From Escherichia phage fEgEco12, in sequence record PP777464.1: 64,000 nt of DNA, one strand, 5' to 3'. The notes under the pieces were generated by a model that saw only the letters and a list, made by a program, of their open reading frames with translations, was not told the DNA's origin and did no database searches. A program made the position numbers and the translations under genes. This document shows positions 1 to 12,147 of the stretch, one piece after another (position 1 is the stretch's first letter; each line of letters begins with the position of its first letter).

Positions 1-57
1 ACAAATAATAAATTTAATATTATTCTTAAAGACGGAACGGTTGTTATCGGAGTATCA

Positions 58-522
58 TTGCTTTCATTTGATGGCGAAAAACTCAAAACTGTTTATAAAT
101 TCACCAATCTTGATGGTGATTACTGGGATACGTCAGATGTATCTAAAATTTGCACACATTATGTATTTGAATCTATTGAAGTTGGTGATGGCTGGGCATT
201 GACCTGTAATGGTAATAAAGTATTTTCTGGTAACATATTTGGGGTAATTTCCAGTAAAGAAATCGTAGACCATCATCTTCATGTTCTCAATAATAACGCC
301 AACACTTATACACCTGATAATATCAAAATTCACGATATTGTAACATATACTGATTATAATGGTTTCAGACATAAAGCAATTGTAACTGAAGTTAAAAAAC
401 CAAAAAATTATTTCGACCACGGTTTAATTGAAGTATATATGGTAGGTGGAGAAAAACAATACTTTGATCATTTCACTTATACTGGTTGGGATAGATTCCT
501 AACCGTTGTTGAGGAATACTAA
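58..522 (+). CDS. hypothetical protein
   Basis: 154-aa ORF, first of co-directional + strand series. Confidence 0.5.
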   Translation: MLSFDGEKLKTVYKFTNLDGDYWDTSDVSKICTHYVFESIEVGDGWALTCNGNKVFSGNIFGVISSKEIVDHHLHVLNNNANTYTPDNIKIHDIVTYTDYNGFRHKAIVTEVKKPKNYFDHGLIEVYMVGGEKQYFDHFTYTGWDRFLTVVEEY

Positions 523-523
523 C

Positions 524-1012
524 ATGCCGATTCGTGGTGTACCAGAACCATTAATGGAAGTTATTAAGCATGTTCGCATTGGAGATCGAGAAGTTAATCT
601 GCGACGTGGTAATATATATTACTTTAAAACTTCAGAAATGAGTTCTGTGCAGATTGTCATTGGTACATCTATTATGATTACTCGCGTACTTGATGGTAGT
701 ACTGACTTCGTTGGATACAATGTACTTACTAATAAAGTAACACATACATATAAATGGAGTGGATATAAAACTATTAAGTACGAGTTTGACTTAGCTAGAA
801 CTGAAGAAGAACGATTTATGCTGAGTACTATCAATCCAGCAAACTATCCAGATCTTGATGCATTTTTGCTAATTTTAAAATTGTATAATGAAGCAAATCA
901 GAAAGCTAAAGAGTATGATAGAATCATGTATGAACGCCGAAAAGAACGTGCACAAAAAAGTTATGATCTGTATGATAGCCCATACGTGAAATATAGTAAG
1001 GGGTCGAAATGA
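524..1012 (+). CDS. hypothetical protein
   Basis: ATG at 524 lies 7 nt after GAGGAA; track start 506 overlaps upstream gene. Confidence 0.5.
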   Translation: MPIRGVPEPLMEVIKHVRIGDREVNLRRGNIYYFKTSEMSSVQIVIGTSIMITRVLDGSTDFVGYNVLTNKVTHTYKWSGYKTIKYEFDLARTEEERFMLSTINPANYPDLDAFLLILKLYNEANQKAKEYDRIMYERRKERAQKSYDLYDSPYVKYSKGSK

Positions 1013-1413
1013 ATAAAGAAGTTCAAATTATCATAACTCCACCTATACAAAGTCTGGATGTATCCATTAGTGATTTTTTGGAAAAATACTATGAATGGTT
1101 TAATGAAGATTCAGTAATTTATAACCATTCATTACCTGATGGTTTCGTTGAGCTTATTGAATTAAATGCCAAATCACTATACTTCTGTGTTGAATACAAT
1201 GATTATATGACAGATGAAGCATATCGTTTTCGTTGTACATTGTATCCTAACCATTTTTCCATTGGTTATAAAGACTATCAGTACTGCACCACAAACTATA
1301 GTGTAGAGGAAGAATTTCAGTACAATTTACTTTATCCTGATTTAGATTATACGATTGCAGTACTGTTGACTAAAATCATGGATTTTTATAAAGATAAATA
1401 TAATGCAGCCTAA
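1009..1413 (+). CDS. hypothetical protein
   Basis: 134-aa ORF, ATGA overlap with upstream stop. Confidence 0.5.
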   Translation: MNKEVQIIITPPIQSLDVSISDFLEKYYEWFNEDSVIYNHSLPDGFVELIELNAKSLYFCVEYNDYMTDEAYRFRCTLYPNHFSIGYKDYQYCTTNYSVEEEFQYNLLYPDLDYTIAVLLTKIMDFYKDKYNAA

Positions 1414-1588
1414 GACATTTGATGAGTGGTTTAATCTACACTATAATATAAATGCAGCAGATATATACTATTTTAAGCTTGAATTGTATATATCATTGCG
1501 TAACCCAATCGAGTACTATAACAACATCATCAATTGTGATGATTTTGGTACATATTTTAGTATAGCAGTCATGGACAAAATAAGATGA
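1403..1588 (+). CDS. hypothetical small protein
   Basis: 61-aa ORF in tiled series. Confidence 0.35.
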   Translation: MQPKTFDEWFNLHYNINAADIYYFKLELYISLRNPIEYYNNIINCDDFGTYFSIAVMDKIR

Positions 1589-1755
1589 CACACAAAGAAT
1601 GGTTAGATGAACTAAAATTTAAACATAATCCTTTTGGTTTTGGTATACGCCAAGGTCATTATGATGTGTTAAAAGATAAACAACTTTTCAAATCATTTGT
1701 ACTTGATGAGGATAGTAATCACTGGTACATCTATGAGCTTGCAATTAGGAAATAG
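1585..1755 (+). CDS. small protein, MTH(K/E)EW family
   Basis: 56-aa ORF starting MTHKEW, paralog of three tandem ORFs at 3089-3575. Confidence 0.4.
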   Translation: MTHKEWLDELKFKHNPFGFGIRQGHYDVLKDKQLFKSFVLDEDSNHWYIYELAIRK

Positions 1756-1765
1756 AAGATATAGT

Positions 1766-2119
<354 letters not shown>

Positions 2120-2127
2120 AATCCAAA

Positions 2128-2325
2128 GTGACTAAAGCAGAACTTGTAGCATTATTGGAATCATATCCCGATGATGCATGTATTGAAGTTGTTCATAGTG
2201 CGAGACATTTTGACATTGAAGATGTAGTACGTTATAATGACAAAGGTGTACTCATCATGGAACTATGTATTGGTGAAATGAAAACTGTACCCGAATCAGA
2301 AAAACGTAAAAATAGTAAACCGTAA
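2128..2325 (+). CDS. hypothetical protein
   Basis: GTG start 7 nt after GAGGA. Confidence 0.45.
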   Translation: MTKAELVALLESYPDDACIEVVHSARHFDIEDVVRYNDKGVLIMELCIGEMKTVPESEKRKNSKP

Positions 2326-2335
2326 GGAAAATAAA

Positions 2336-2554
2336 ATGGAATCTACTCTATTAGAAGTTATTAACTCATTAAACGCTGGTGACAATGTACAAGTACTCCT
2401 TCAGGGATACCGTGTAAAAGGTTCAGTAGTTTTAGTTAATGACACCACTGTTGTTGTAACTGAAACTAACCCGTTTGACAGTAATGAACTTGCTAATATC
2501 CATATTGATATTAAAAGTATTATTGGTGTTGGTGTAACTAAACCACAAGAATAA
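2336..2554 (+). CDS. hypothetical protein
   Basis: 72-aa ORF in tiled series. Confidence 0.5.
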   Translation: MESTLLEVINSLNAGDNVQVLLQGYRVKGSVVLVNDTTVVVTETNPFDSNELANIHIDIKSIIGVGVTKPQE

Positions 2555-2557
2555 CAA

Positions 2558-2848
2558 TTGTTATTGGGGATTACTATGCATTTTGAAAAATTCAATACAA
2601 ATCGTAACACACGCATTGACGTTCTTTATGAAACACAAGACTCAATAAGCATTCGTACACGTAGTGGTGATGTATATCATGACTGTACTATTGGTTGGGA
2701 ACAGGGAAGAACACGTAGTGCAAAATTCGATAACTATCGCTTCTACCAAGGGGACACCACAATCTGGCCTGAAGATGTAGAAGATATTGCGTTTGAAGAT
2801 GAACATAAAGATGAATTTATAAAATTTAATCCCGAAACCGAATCATAA
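2558..2848 (+). CDS. hypothetical protein
   Basis: 96-aa ORF in tiled series. Confidence 0.5.
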   Translation: MLLGITMHFEKFNTNRNTRIDVLYETQDSISIRTRSGDVYHDCTIGWEQGRTRSAKFDNYRFYQGDTTIWPEDVEDIAFEDEHKDEFIKFNPETES

Positions 2849-2865
2849 ATATTGGAACAGACAAT

Positions 2866-2981
<116 letters not shown>

Positions 2982-2985
2982 AAAT

Positions 2986-3071
<86 letters not shown>

Positions 3072-3088
3072 CAATTAAAGGTTAAACC

Positions 3089-3249
<161 letters not shown>

Positions 3250-3253
<4 letters not shown>

Positions 3254-3410
3254 CACATGAAGAATGGATGAATGACATTAATTTTAGATATTCGGGTATC
3301 GGTAAATGGCTAAAGTATCATTGGGAATTCATTTCAGAGCCGCATCTGTATGATAAACTTATCAACGATCCAGCATATGAAATGTACTTAATTGAACTAC
3401 TGGTACGAAT

Positions 3411-3414
<4 letters not shown>
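3250..3414 (+). CDS. small protein, MTHEEW family (copy 2)
   Basis: 54-aa ORF, ATGA overlap with copy 1. Confidence 0.4.
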
Positions 3415-3583
<169 letters not shown>

Positions 3584-3585
3584 AG

Positions 3586-4006
<421 letters not shown>

Positions 4007-4011
<5 letters not shown>

Positions 4012-4027
4012 CTAAATAGTTCAGTAC
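4007..4027 (+). repeat. 21-nt repeat CTTGACTAAATAGTTCAGTAC, copy 2 (no -10 box)
   Basis: identical 21-mer also at 3586, 4078, 4847. Confidence 0.8.
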
Positions 4028-4066
4028 CAAGGAGATTAATATGTTTAAAGATGAACGTCCAGATTT

Positions 4067-4107
<41 letters not shown>

Positions 4108-4109
4108 GA

Positions 4110-4440
4110 ATTCCACAATCAGACGTATATGGTGTAAGTTACGTCGATGCAATCCAGAACAAGATCTCTGGTACTCTAGGAAGTGGTGAATGTTAACCTA
4201 GACGGGTTTGATAATTGGACGATAGGCAATTATTACTTGACTAGCAGGTTTAAACTAGAGGTGACTATCCTTCACCAAACTGGAAAACCGGATGGACTTT
4301 TATTTAAAAGGGTAAGGCGTGGAAATATGTTTACAGTAGTTGCTTTTAGTAGCCTGTACGCCCCACGTCAAGGTAGCCGAAAGGCAAGTTAAAACGGGTG
4401 GTTATAAAGCTTAATTAACAGCGGCGTTTAAAAGCGTCAC
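4110..4440 (+). ncRNA. candidate small stable RNA (promoter-driven, poor coding potential, ends in hairpin plus T-run)
   Basis: locally GC-richer; only a weak GTG-initiated ORF (4183-4392); T-run at 4445-4451. Confidence 0.25.
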
Positions 4441-4469
4441 CATCCATTTTTTTAATTAAAGTTGGTGAT

Positions 4470-5289
<820 letters not shown>

Positions 5290-5302
5290 ATAGGAAATTA
5301 AA

Positions 5303-5488
5303 ATGCAACTTTTAATTCTTTCAATATTGTATATTATTATAATGGTTCCGATATCAATACGTTTAATTACAGTTGAACGATTTTTATCGAAACATGGAAA
5401 TAGATCTATGATCTTTGTACCAATCGGGTTGATATTGTTTGGTATATTTTCATTTATAATGGGAATTAACGCTACATTCATTTCATAG
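5303..5488 (+). CDS. small membrane protein
   Basis: 61 aa, two hydrophobic segments. Confidence 0.45.
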   Translation: MQLLILSILYIIIMVPISIRLITVERFLSKHGNRSMIFVPIGLILFGIFSFIMGINATFIS

Positions 5489-5497
5489 GAAACAAAT

Positions 5498-5755
<258 letters not shown>

Positions 5756-5763
5756 GAATTTAA

Positions 5764-6165
5764 ATGAAAAAGAATGACTTGATCAAAATGCTTCAAGAGA
5801 TTGACGGCAATCCAGAGATTGTTATTTGGAATGGATATGTCGATGATTATATGAACATCGAAAAAGGCTTGACTAAAATCACTCTAGTCAAAGAAACTGA
5901 ACAGTTCCTTCTGGAAGCATTAGTGCACGAATGGTGCAAACGTAACAATACATTCGACATTCCAGAAGATCAACGAACTAAGATTGCAGAACAAGCTAAA
6001 AAACTTCATAAGAAACGTGAATACGATTTCCAGAACCCACATGTTACTGAAGACGAATTCAATCACTGGTACGGTAAAAAGAAATTGACAAAATATGTCA
6101 TTTCACCTAAACTACGTGGTAAGACTTCACTTGGTGTCTTCAACGCCGCTGACTTAAACTACTAG
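5764..6165 (+). CDS. hypothetical protein (N-terminus paralogous to 6178 ORF)
   Basis: MKKNDLIKMLQ versus MKAKDLIKILQ. Confidence 0.55.
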   Translation: MKKNDLIKMLQEIDGNPEIVIWNGYVDDYMNIEKGLTKITLVKETEQFLLEALVHEWCKRNNTFDIPEDQRTKIAEQAKKLHKKREYDFQNPHVTEDEFNHWYGKKKLTKYVISPKLRGKTSLGVFNAADLNY

Positions 6166-6174
6166 CGGGTATTA

Positions 6175-6442
<268 letters not shown>

Positions 6443-6487
6443 GATTCCCGATTCAGTAGCTTATAAAGCAGTTCCGTGTGTGCCTAT

Positions 6488-6540
<53 letters not shown>

Positions 6541-6541
6541 T

Positions 6542-6579
<38 letters not shown>

Positions 6580-6598
6580 AGAGGTACTTCGAGTATGC

Positions 6599-6724
<126 letters not shown>

Positions 6725-6726
6725 TA

Positions 6727-6816
<90 letters not shown>

Positions 6817-6887
6817 TGCCAAACAGCTTGAAGAACTTTGTAGTGCTGCACCTATGCCGACACTTGGCTTAATCAAGTTGATGCGTA

Positions 6888-6929
<42 letters not shown>

Positions 6930-6980
6930 GCCTCCCCTCAATGCGAAAGAGTATAGAGACTTGTTGGTTATCTTACTTCT

Positions 6981-7063
<83 letters not shown>

Positions 7064-7066
7064 TCA

Positions 7067-7139
<73 letters not shown>

Positions 7140-7157
7140 CAAAAATAAAGGCACACT

Positions 7158-7574
7158 ATGACATACAACATTGTTAAAATGGTGAACTACGTATTAAAAA
7201 ACAACGCATGGTCACTGCATGATGTACAATTAGAAGATATTGGTGAAGTTAGAGTTTTTTGCTATGATGACGATTTGAACGAAACCACTGATTTGAGTAA
7301 ATGTTTTAATATTTTTCTTGGTTATGAAAACAATGATCGTTTTTATTCATTTGATGTGTATTTTGAACGAGTTAAAATCAGAATTGCTAATGTAAATAGT
7401 GATTATTATGACACTGGAATTGAATTGAATTTTGACGATATAGATACTGAAGAAAAATTCTTCCAGTACTGTCTCGTAAACGATCTAAATGGATTGACAT
7501 TTGAGGACATTAGTGCTATCCTTAAAGTTAAAAGATTGATTCCAGAAGAGGTTCCAAATCCGTTTAATGACTAG
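7158..7574 (+). CDS. hypothetical protein, FQY[SC] motif family
   Basis: C-terminal FFQYCLVNDL; paralog of 7567, 23329, 43600 ORFs. Confidence 0.55.
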   Translation: MTYNIVKMVNYVLKNNAWSLHDVQLEDIGEVRVFCYDDDLNETTDLSKCFNIFLGYENNDRFYSFDVYFERVKIRIANVNSDYYDTGIELNFDDIDTEEKFFQYCLVNDLNGLTFEDISAILKVKRLIPEEVPNPFND

Positions 7575-7926
7575 TTTAATAACTCGTATAATGCAAGATG
7601 TTCGTAAGAATCTTTATACTGGTAATTTTGATGATCCTAACATAAAAATATTATGTTATGATGTATTCACACTGGTACACCCATCTGAATCTAATAATAT
7701 ATACATAGCATATACTTCTCCTAATATTTTGTATCAATTTGATTTATATAGTACAATGGCTAAGATAACATTAGATGTTTCTAAGGAGCCATTTTTTATA
7801 GCAGTACATGATTTTGAGTACACAGAAGAGTCATTATTCCAGTACTCAATGATAAATGACATTGGTGACTTGACATTAGAAGAGATAAATGTTATAGTTG
7901 GTATGTGTCGTTTGATTAATCCATAA
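7567..7926 (+). CDS. hypothetical protein, FQY[SC] motif family
   Basis: C-terminal LFQYSMINDI. Confidence 0.55.
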   Translation: MTSLITRIMQDVRKNLYTGNFDDPNIKILCYDVFTLVHPSESNNIYIAYTSPNILYQFDLYSTMAKITLDVSKEPFFIAVHDFEYTEESLFQYSMINDIGDLTLEEINVIVGMCRLINP

Positions 7927-7939
7927 CTCGGAGCTTAAT

Positions 7940-8131
7940 ATGTTTTTGAATTTGTTATGCTTATTTGGTCGTACATTGGTTCTTGCTATTATTCATACAC
8001 CTGGTATTCGTAATTATGTTTCTTATGAATTTAAGAAAAATTACCACAACAACACTGAAGTTCGTGTAACTAAGATGTGCAAAGACTTCAATGGAGATGT
8101 TCAACCATTCAAGAAGTACGAGGATGAATAA
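7940..8131 (+). CDS. hypothetical small protein
   Basis: 63-aa ORF. Confidence 0.4.
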   Translation: MFLNLLCLFGRTLVLAIIHTPGIRNYVSYEFKKNYHNNTEVRVTKMCKDFNGDVQPFKKYEDE

Positions 8132-8415
8132 TGGAATTTATTGTTGCACCTGATGAACTAAAAACATTCACGTTCCGAGACAATAACAATTATCCTTATA
8201 CAAATCATTCATTGAATTCATTGCATGTTATTTCAATCATTGCATCTGAATACAGAGACAATCCATGTATTGATTTTAAAACCACTGATGGTGAATATAC
8301 ATGGGTAGTTCCGAACGATAAATACAGTTATCAGGGTGCAGTAGAGATCCGCGACTCGATTCTAAAGCAAATCGAAGATGGACATACTCATCCTAAACTA
8401 AACATTCAGTACTGA
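8131..8415 (+). CDS. hypothetical protein
   Basis: 94-aa ORF. Confidence 0.5.
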   Translation: MEFIVAPDELKTFTFRDNNNYPYTNHSLNSLHVISIIASEYRDNPCIDFKTTDGEYTWVVPNDKYSYQGAVEIRDSILKQIEDGHTHPKLNIQY

Positions 8416-8428
8416 AATCGTTTAACCG

Positions 8429-8477
8429 GATAGCTTCTAGTCGGTACTGAATTCCTCCTTTTGTCTAGAAGCTATCA
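8429..8477. repeat. 12-bp inverted repeat (GATAGCTTCTAG / CTAGAAGCTATC) around a 25-nt spacer
   Basis: read directly from sequence. Confidence 0.7.
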
Positions 8478-8654
8478 CTCTTTTAAAGTATAATGATATC
8501 ACCCTCATGGTTCATTATATTCGTTACCCTCTAACAGTATCTTTTTATTCCTCTTTGATACTGTATTTTAGAAGTTGACATTTTTACTTCTACTGTGTTA
8601 TACTTAAGGCTGATTCATTATGAATCGGCCTTTTTTCTTGTGGGGATTAATGTA

Positions 8655-9071
8655 ATGAATAAAGAAGTTATTAGTTTAATGGATGAGTATATCAACCAAA
8701 CATATCGTTTTATATTTTTTAATGCATTTGAGTCCAGAACAACGTATTATTCTGGTGAATATGAGATAATAACTGGATCATTTCTTAACGGATACATGGA
8801 GTTTTTAGAACAAAGCGATAATGTGTTCATTTCCATATCTGAAAAACATGGTAATGATTATGTTATTGATATGTGGCCTAATAAAGTAGAGATTGATACT
8901 ACAAAGAAAATTGTAATTGATGTGGACGAATCATTGTATGATTTAACTGAAGATATGTACATGCAACTAAATTTCGTATACGATCTAACTAACATAAGTT
9001 ATTCTAATCTAAGTAAATTATTTTATATTTGTGGTGTACTACATAAAAACGTACAACAAAATAAAGGATAA
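8655..9071 (+). CDS. hypothetical protein
   Basis: internal ATG of track ORF 8595. Confidence 0.5.
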   Translation: MNKEVISLMDEYINQTYRFIFFNAFESRTTYYSGEYEIITGSFLNGYMEFLEQSDNVFISISEKHGNDYVIDMWPNKVEIDTTKKIVIDVDESLYDLTEDMYMQLNFVYDLTNISYSNLSKLFYICGVLHKNVQQNKG

Positions 9072-9143
9072 ACATTTAAATGTTGACAATTGACAACATA
9101 AATGGTATCTTTGAAATTGCCAGAACCCTACGAGGAAGATGAT

Positions 9144-9551
9144 ATGGTCAAAATTTTAAGTGACAATGCAGTTGATATTGTCATTGATGTACTTGAAAAC
9201 AGTAATACATTTGAGAAGAAACACAGTACTGTATACTTCGGTAAAGATTGCTGGTTGAGCTATATATCTGATAAATCGTTTGTAATTCGTGTTGAAACGG
9301 GTGATATTGGATTTACGGTACATGCGGCACATACCAAAACTGATAAACAAATCACTGTTATTGCTGACACGCCAAGTATCTGGGATAGAATTGATGATTG
9401 TGAACACTACACGTCAACATTCTATGATACAGAAGAAGAACATTTCATGGATAGTACTGTTAAAGAATTAGCTATTCCATTTAAACTTATGAAAGCAGCA
9501 AGAGATTTTATTTTAAAATACAAAAAAATAGGAGTTGATGATGCAATTTAA
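9144..9551 (+). CDS. hypothetical protein
   Basis: ATG preceded by GAGGAAG; track start 9102 possible. Confidence 0.5.
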   Translation: MVKILSDNAVDIVIDVLENSNTFEKKHSTVYFGKDCWLSYISDKSFVIRVETGDIGFTVHAAHTKTDKQITVIADTPSIWDRIDDCEHYTSTFYDTEEEHFMDSTVKELAIPFKLMKAARDFILKYKKIGVDDAI

Positions 9552-9987
9552 TGGTAAGGTTTCTAAAGTAGGTTTAGTTTTTGAAAATTGTGAGTTCATT
9601 GAGATTGATGTAAAGAATGTTTTATGGATGCATATTGCTGACGAGAAAACTCTTTGTAGTCGTTTTTCCAACGGTCTAACTATTAGTACTGGTATTGGTG
9701 AGTTCGGTATTGCATTGCGTAGTGATACACCATCGGATTTCATGGATAACTCTACACTGTTAGACCGTTTAAAAATGCGTGATGTTACACACGTTTATCT
9801 TTATGATACTAATGGTGTTGAACAGCGTTATGTAGTTGAATGGGCTAATTATAACCTTAGTGATCAATATTCAGTAAACCAGCGTATTCAACTCACCCCT
9901 GGTGGTAATATTGTGTTTGTTAGTTCAACTGGTAAATTAATCAGTGTAGATGATGAAAGTATTGATCTATTCACTTCATATAACTAA
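9538..9987 (+). CDS. hypothetical protein
   Basis: ATG after AGGAG. Confidence 0.5.
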   Translation: MMQFNGKVSKVGLVFENCEFIEIDVKNVLWMHIADEKTLCSRFSNGLTISTGIGEFGIALRSDTPSDFMDNSTLLDRLKMRDVTHVYLYDTNGVEQRYVVEWANYNLSDQYSVNQRIQLTPGGNIVFVSSTGKLISVDDESIDLFTSYN

Positions 9988-9998
9988 TACGAGATAAT

Positions 9999-10418
9999 AT
10001 GAAAACAATCAAAACACATTTCAAAGATACATGGACAGAAGTAAGTACTGGTAATATTCAAGATATTTTATACAGTACTGAAACTATTCATGTCTATGAC
10101 GAAGAGACAGCAGCGGAGCAGTTAAAGGTATTGCATCGTAGTGTAGGTGAACACACCGAGTACGGTGTTAAACATACTCGTGAATTGGTAAGTACTGATC
10201 ATATTGACACCTGTACTGTAAATCTATCAAAAGAAGAAATGTTTGATTTTATTCTAAACAATACTTTAGCAATTCAACCAGATGGATCACTATACAGTAA
10301 AACAGATGGTACACAAGTTCGTAAAAAGTACAATGTGACCATCAATGATACGGTGATGTCTGGATATGATTTAGTTGATGCAATCAACGAGTACGTTTCT
10401 ATGCAGAGGTTGAAATGA
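9999..10418 (+). CDS. hypothetical protein
   Basis: 139-aa ORF. Confidence 0.55.
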   Translation: MKTIKTHFKDTWTEVSTGNIQDILYSTETIHVYDEETAAEQLKVLHRSVGEHTEYGVKHTRELVSTDHIDTCTVNLSKEEMFDFILNNTLAIQPDGSLYSKTDGTQVRKKYNVTINDTVMSGYDLVDAINEYVSMQRLK

Positions 10419-10780
10419 TTAATCTGATATATTTTACAATTATTTGTTGCATTACTATTGTACTTTGTCGTCTAATTCATGTATACTCATATCATAAAGC
10501 GTTGAGAATCGAACAAGAGATTTACAACGAAAACCGTGAGCCAGAGCCAGAGAAGCTACCCCGCTCACCATATGCATTGAAGCGTGAGATGCATTCCGAG
10601 AGTAAGAAGTGGGGTTATGCAATAACCAAGCATGGTTATATCTACACTGCTGCAAATGGCTATTTTCAAATTCACCATGATCTTTCAGTTGCGATTGGAA
10701 TTTTATGGGAAATGGAGGATATAGGTGGTTATGAGCGTACTAAATTTCCAAACTTACAAAATGATCCAGGAACTTCATGA
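10415..10780 (+). CDS. hypothetical protein with N-terminal TM segment
   Basis: 121-aa ORF, ATGA overlap. Confidence 0.5.
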   Translation: MINLIYFTIICCITIVLCRLIHVYSYHKALRIEQEIYNENREPEPEKLPRSPYALKREMHSESKKWGYAITKHGYIYTAANGYFQIHHDLSVAIGILWEMEDIGGYERTKFPNLQNDPGTS

Positions 10781-10934
10781 AGAACATGATATAATTGTAG
10801 ATGTAGAAAAGAAGGAAGTTGTTATGAAGAAGCAAGCATACCGCATCTTAGACAACTTCTATCTTAAGGCATTTATAATGAAGTTCTGTGCAGACGAGCA
10901 CTTAACAGGACGTGTTATACGCAAGGAGTCGTAG

Positions 10935-11276
10935 ATGGACATGAGTTCAACAATTCAGTACTTGAGCGAGAATTTTGTCAAAATCATTTCACGTGGTGGT
11001 ATGATTGTGCATCCTGAAACTGAAGATATGTATATCATTCGTTTTGATGCAAATTCTTATGATCAAGTACTTGTTGTTTCGAAATTAGTAGGTTATAATG
11101 AAGTCGTTCAGTTCTGCTGTACCGAGTTCGGTATCTATATTAAAGATGCAGAAACCAATGAGATTTCACATTATTTTTATCACACACTGATGGGTACTAA
11201 AGATTTTGGATTGAAATTCAATGATTTAGTACAATGTCACTATATGTTTAAAACATACCCAGCATCTGGGAAATAA
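10935..11276 (+). CDS. hypothetical protein
   Basis: 113-aa ORF. Confidence 0.5.
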   Translation: MDMSSTIQYLSENFVKIISRGGMIVHPETEDMYIIRFDANSYDQVLVVSKLVGYNEVVQFCCTEFGIYIKDAETNEISHYFYHTLMGTKDFGLKFNDLVQCHYMFKTYPASGK

Positions 11277-11287
11277 GGAGTAACAAT

Positions 11288-12103
11288 ATGAGCAACATTT
11301 TCTTCAAAACCATTTCCTTCAAAAAAGAATCTTACTCTTACGCTTATGTAGATGGTAAAGTACTCAATATCGTTCTAGATGGTGTTGATGTGCCTGTTCA
11401 ATTTACCAGTCATCAAGAAGCGATTGAGGGTGCTCAAGAGCTTAACAGCTTACTAAATGGTATTGAGAAGAAACCTGAAGTTAAATCTGACCTTGATTTA
11501 TTGGTTGACAAAATTAAAAGTGGTGAACTATTATCAATTCTAGACCAGTGTAATGAAAAATTACGTGGTGTTGTTGGTGATGTACGTACTACAGTTCAAG
11601 ATCGTCTACTTGAGCAAGCATTCAAAGAAGTTACTAAGAAAACTGAAGAACGTGTTGAAGGTATGATTAAAAACATTGATGACGTTCTCACTCATATGTT
11701 CACCAAGCCATACGAATCAAGTACTGATTCTGAAGAGAAACAAGAAGAACCAGTAGAACGCACCAAGCCATCTATTGTTACTAAAGTTAAACATAGTTTT
11801 GGTTCACTGGATGATGTATTTGGCTTTACAAATGTACGTGTTAGTACTGATGAAAAGCCAGAAGTTGATGAAATGCTAATTGGTGACATGACAACTGGTC
11901 AACTCAAAAAAGAGATTGATACCTTTGTTAATGAACTAATTAGTTCTGAACGTGCTGAAAATATGTTTAGCAGTATTTCAGCTAACTTCGGTAAAGAAGC
12001 AACTGAGCAAGCAGTACAGGCATTCAAAGATTTGATTTACACTGTTGCAATTGCTAATCCAGAACAAACACTGGAAGAAGTTCTACGTAAAAACTTCAAA
12101 TAA
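11288..12103 (+). CDS. hypothetical protein (acidic, likely helical)
   Basis: 271-aa ORF after AAGGAG. Confidence 0.6.
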   Translation: MSNIFFKTISFKKESYSYAYVDGKVLNIVLDGVDVPVQFTSHQEAIEGAQELNSLLNGIEKKPEVKSDLDLLVDKIKSGELLSILDQCNEKLRGVVGDVRTTVQDRLLEQAFKEVTKKTEERVEGMIKNIDDVLTHMFTKPYESSTDSEEKQEEPVERTKPSIVTKVKHSFGSLDDVFGFTNVRVSTDEKPEVDEMLIGDMTTGQLKKEIDTFVNELISSERAENMFSSISANFGKEATEQAVQAFKDLIYTVAIANPEQTLEEVLRKNFK

Positions 12104-12118
12104 GATATAGATAAAAGA

Positions 12119-12147
12119 AAAGCCACTACATTGTAGTGGCTTTTTTG
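12119..12147. terminator. bidirectional hairpin terminator between convergent genes
   Basis: AGCCACTACA-TTG-TAGTGGCT flanked by A-run and T-run. Confidence 0.65.

Noticed and set aside
4183-4392. 69-aa ORF as a protein gene
   Set aside because: GTG start, atypical composition, sits between a strong promoter and a terminator-like hairpin; a noncoding RNA is at least as likely, so listed only as an ncRNA candidate.
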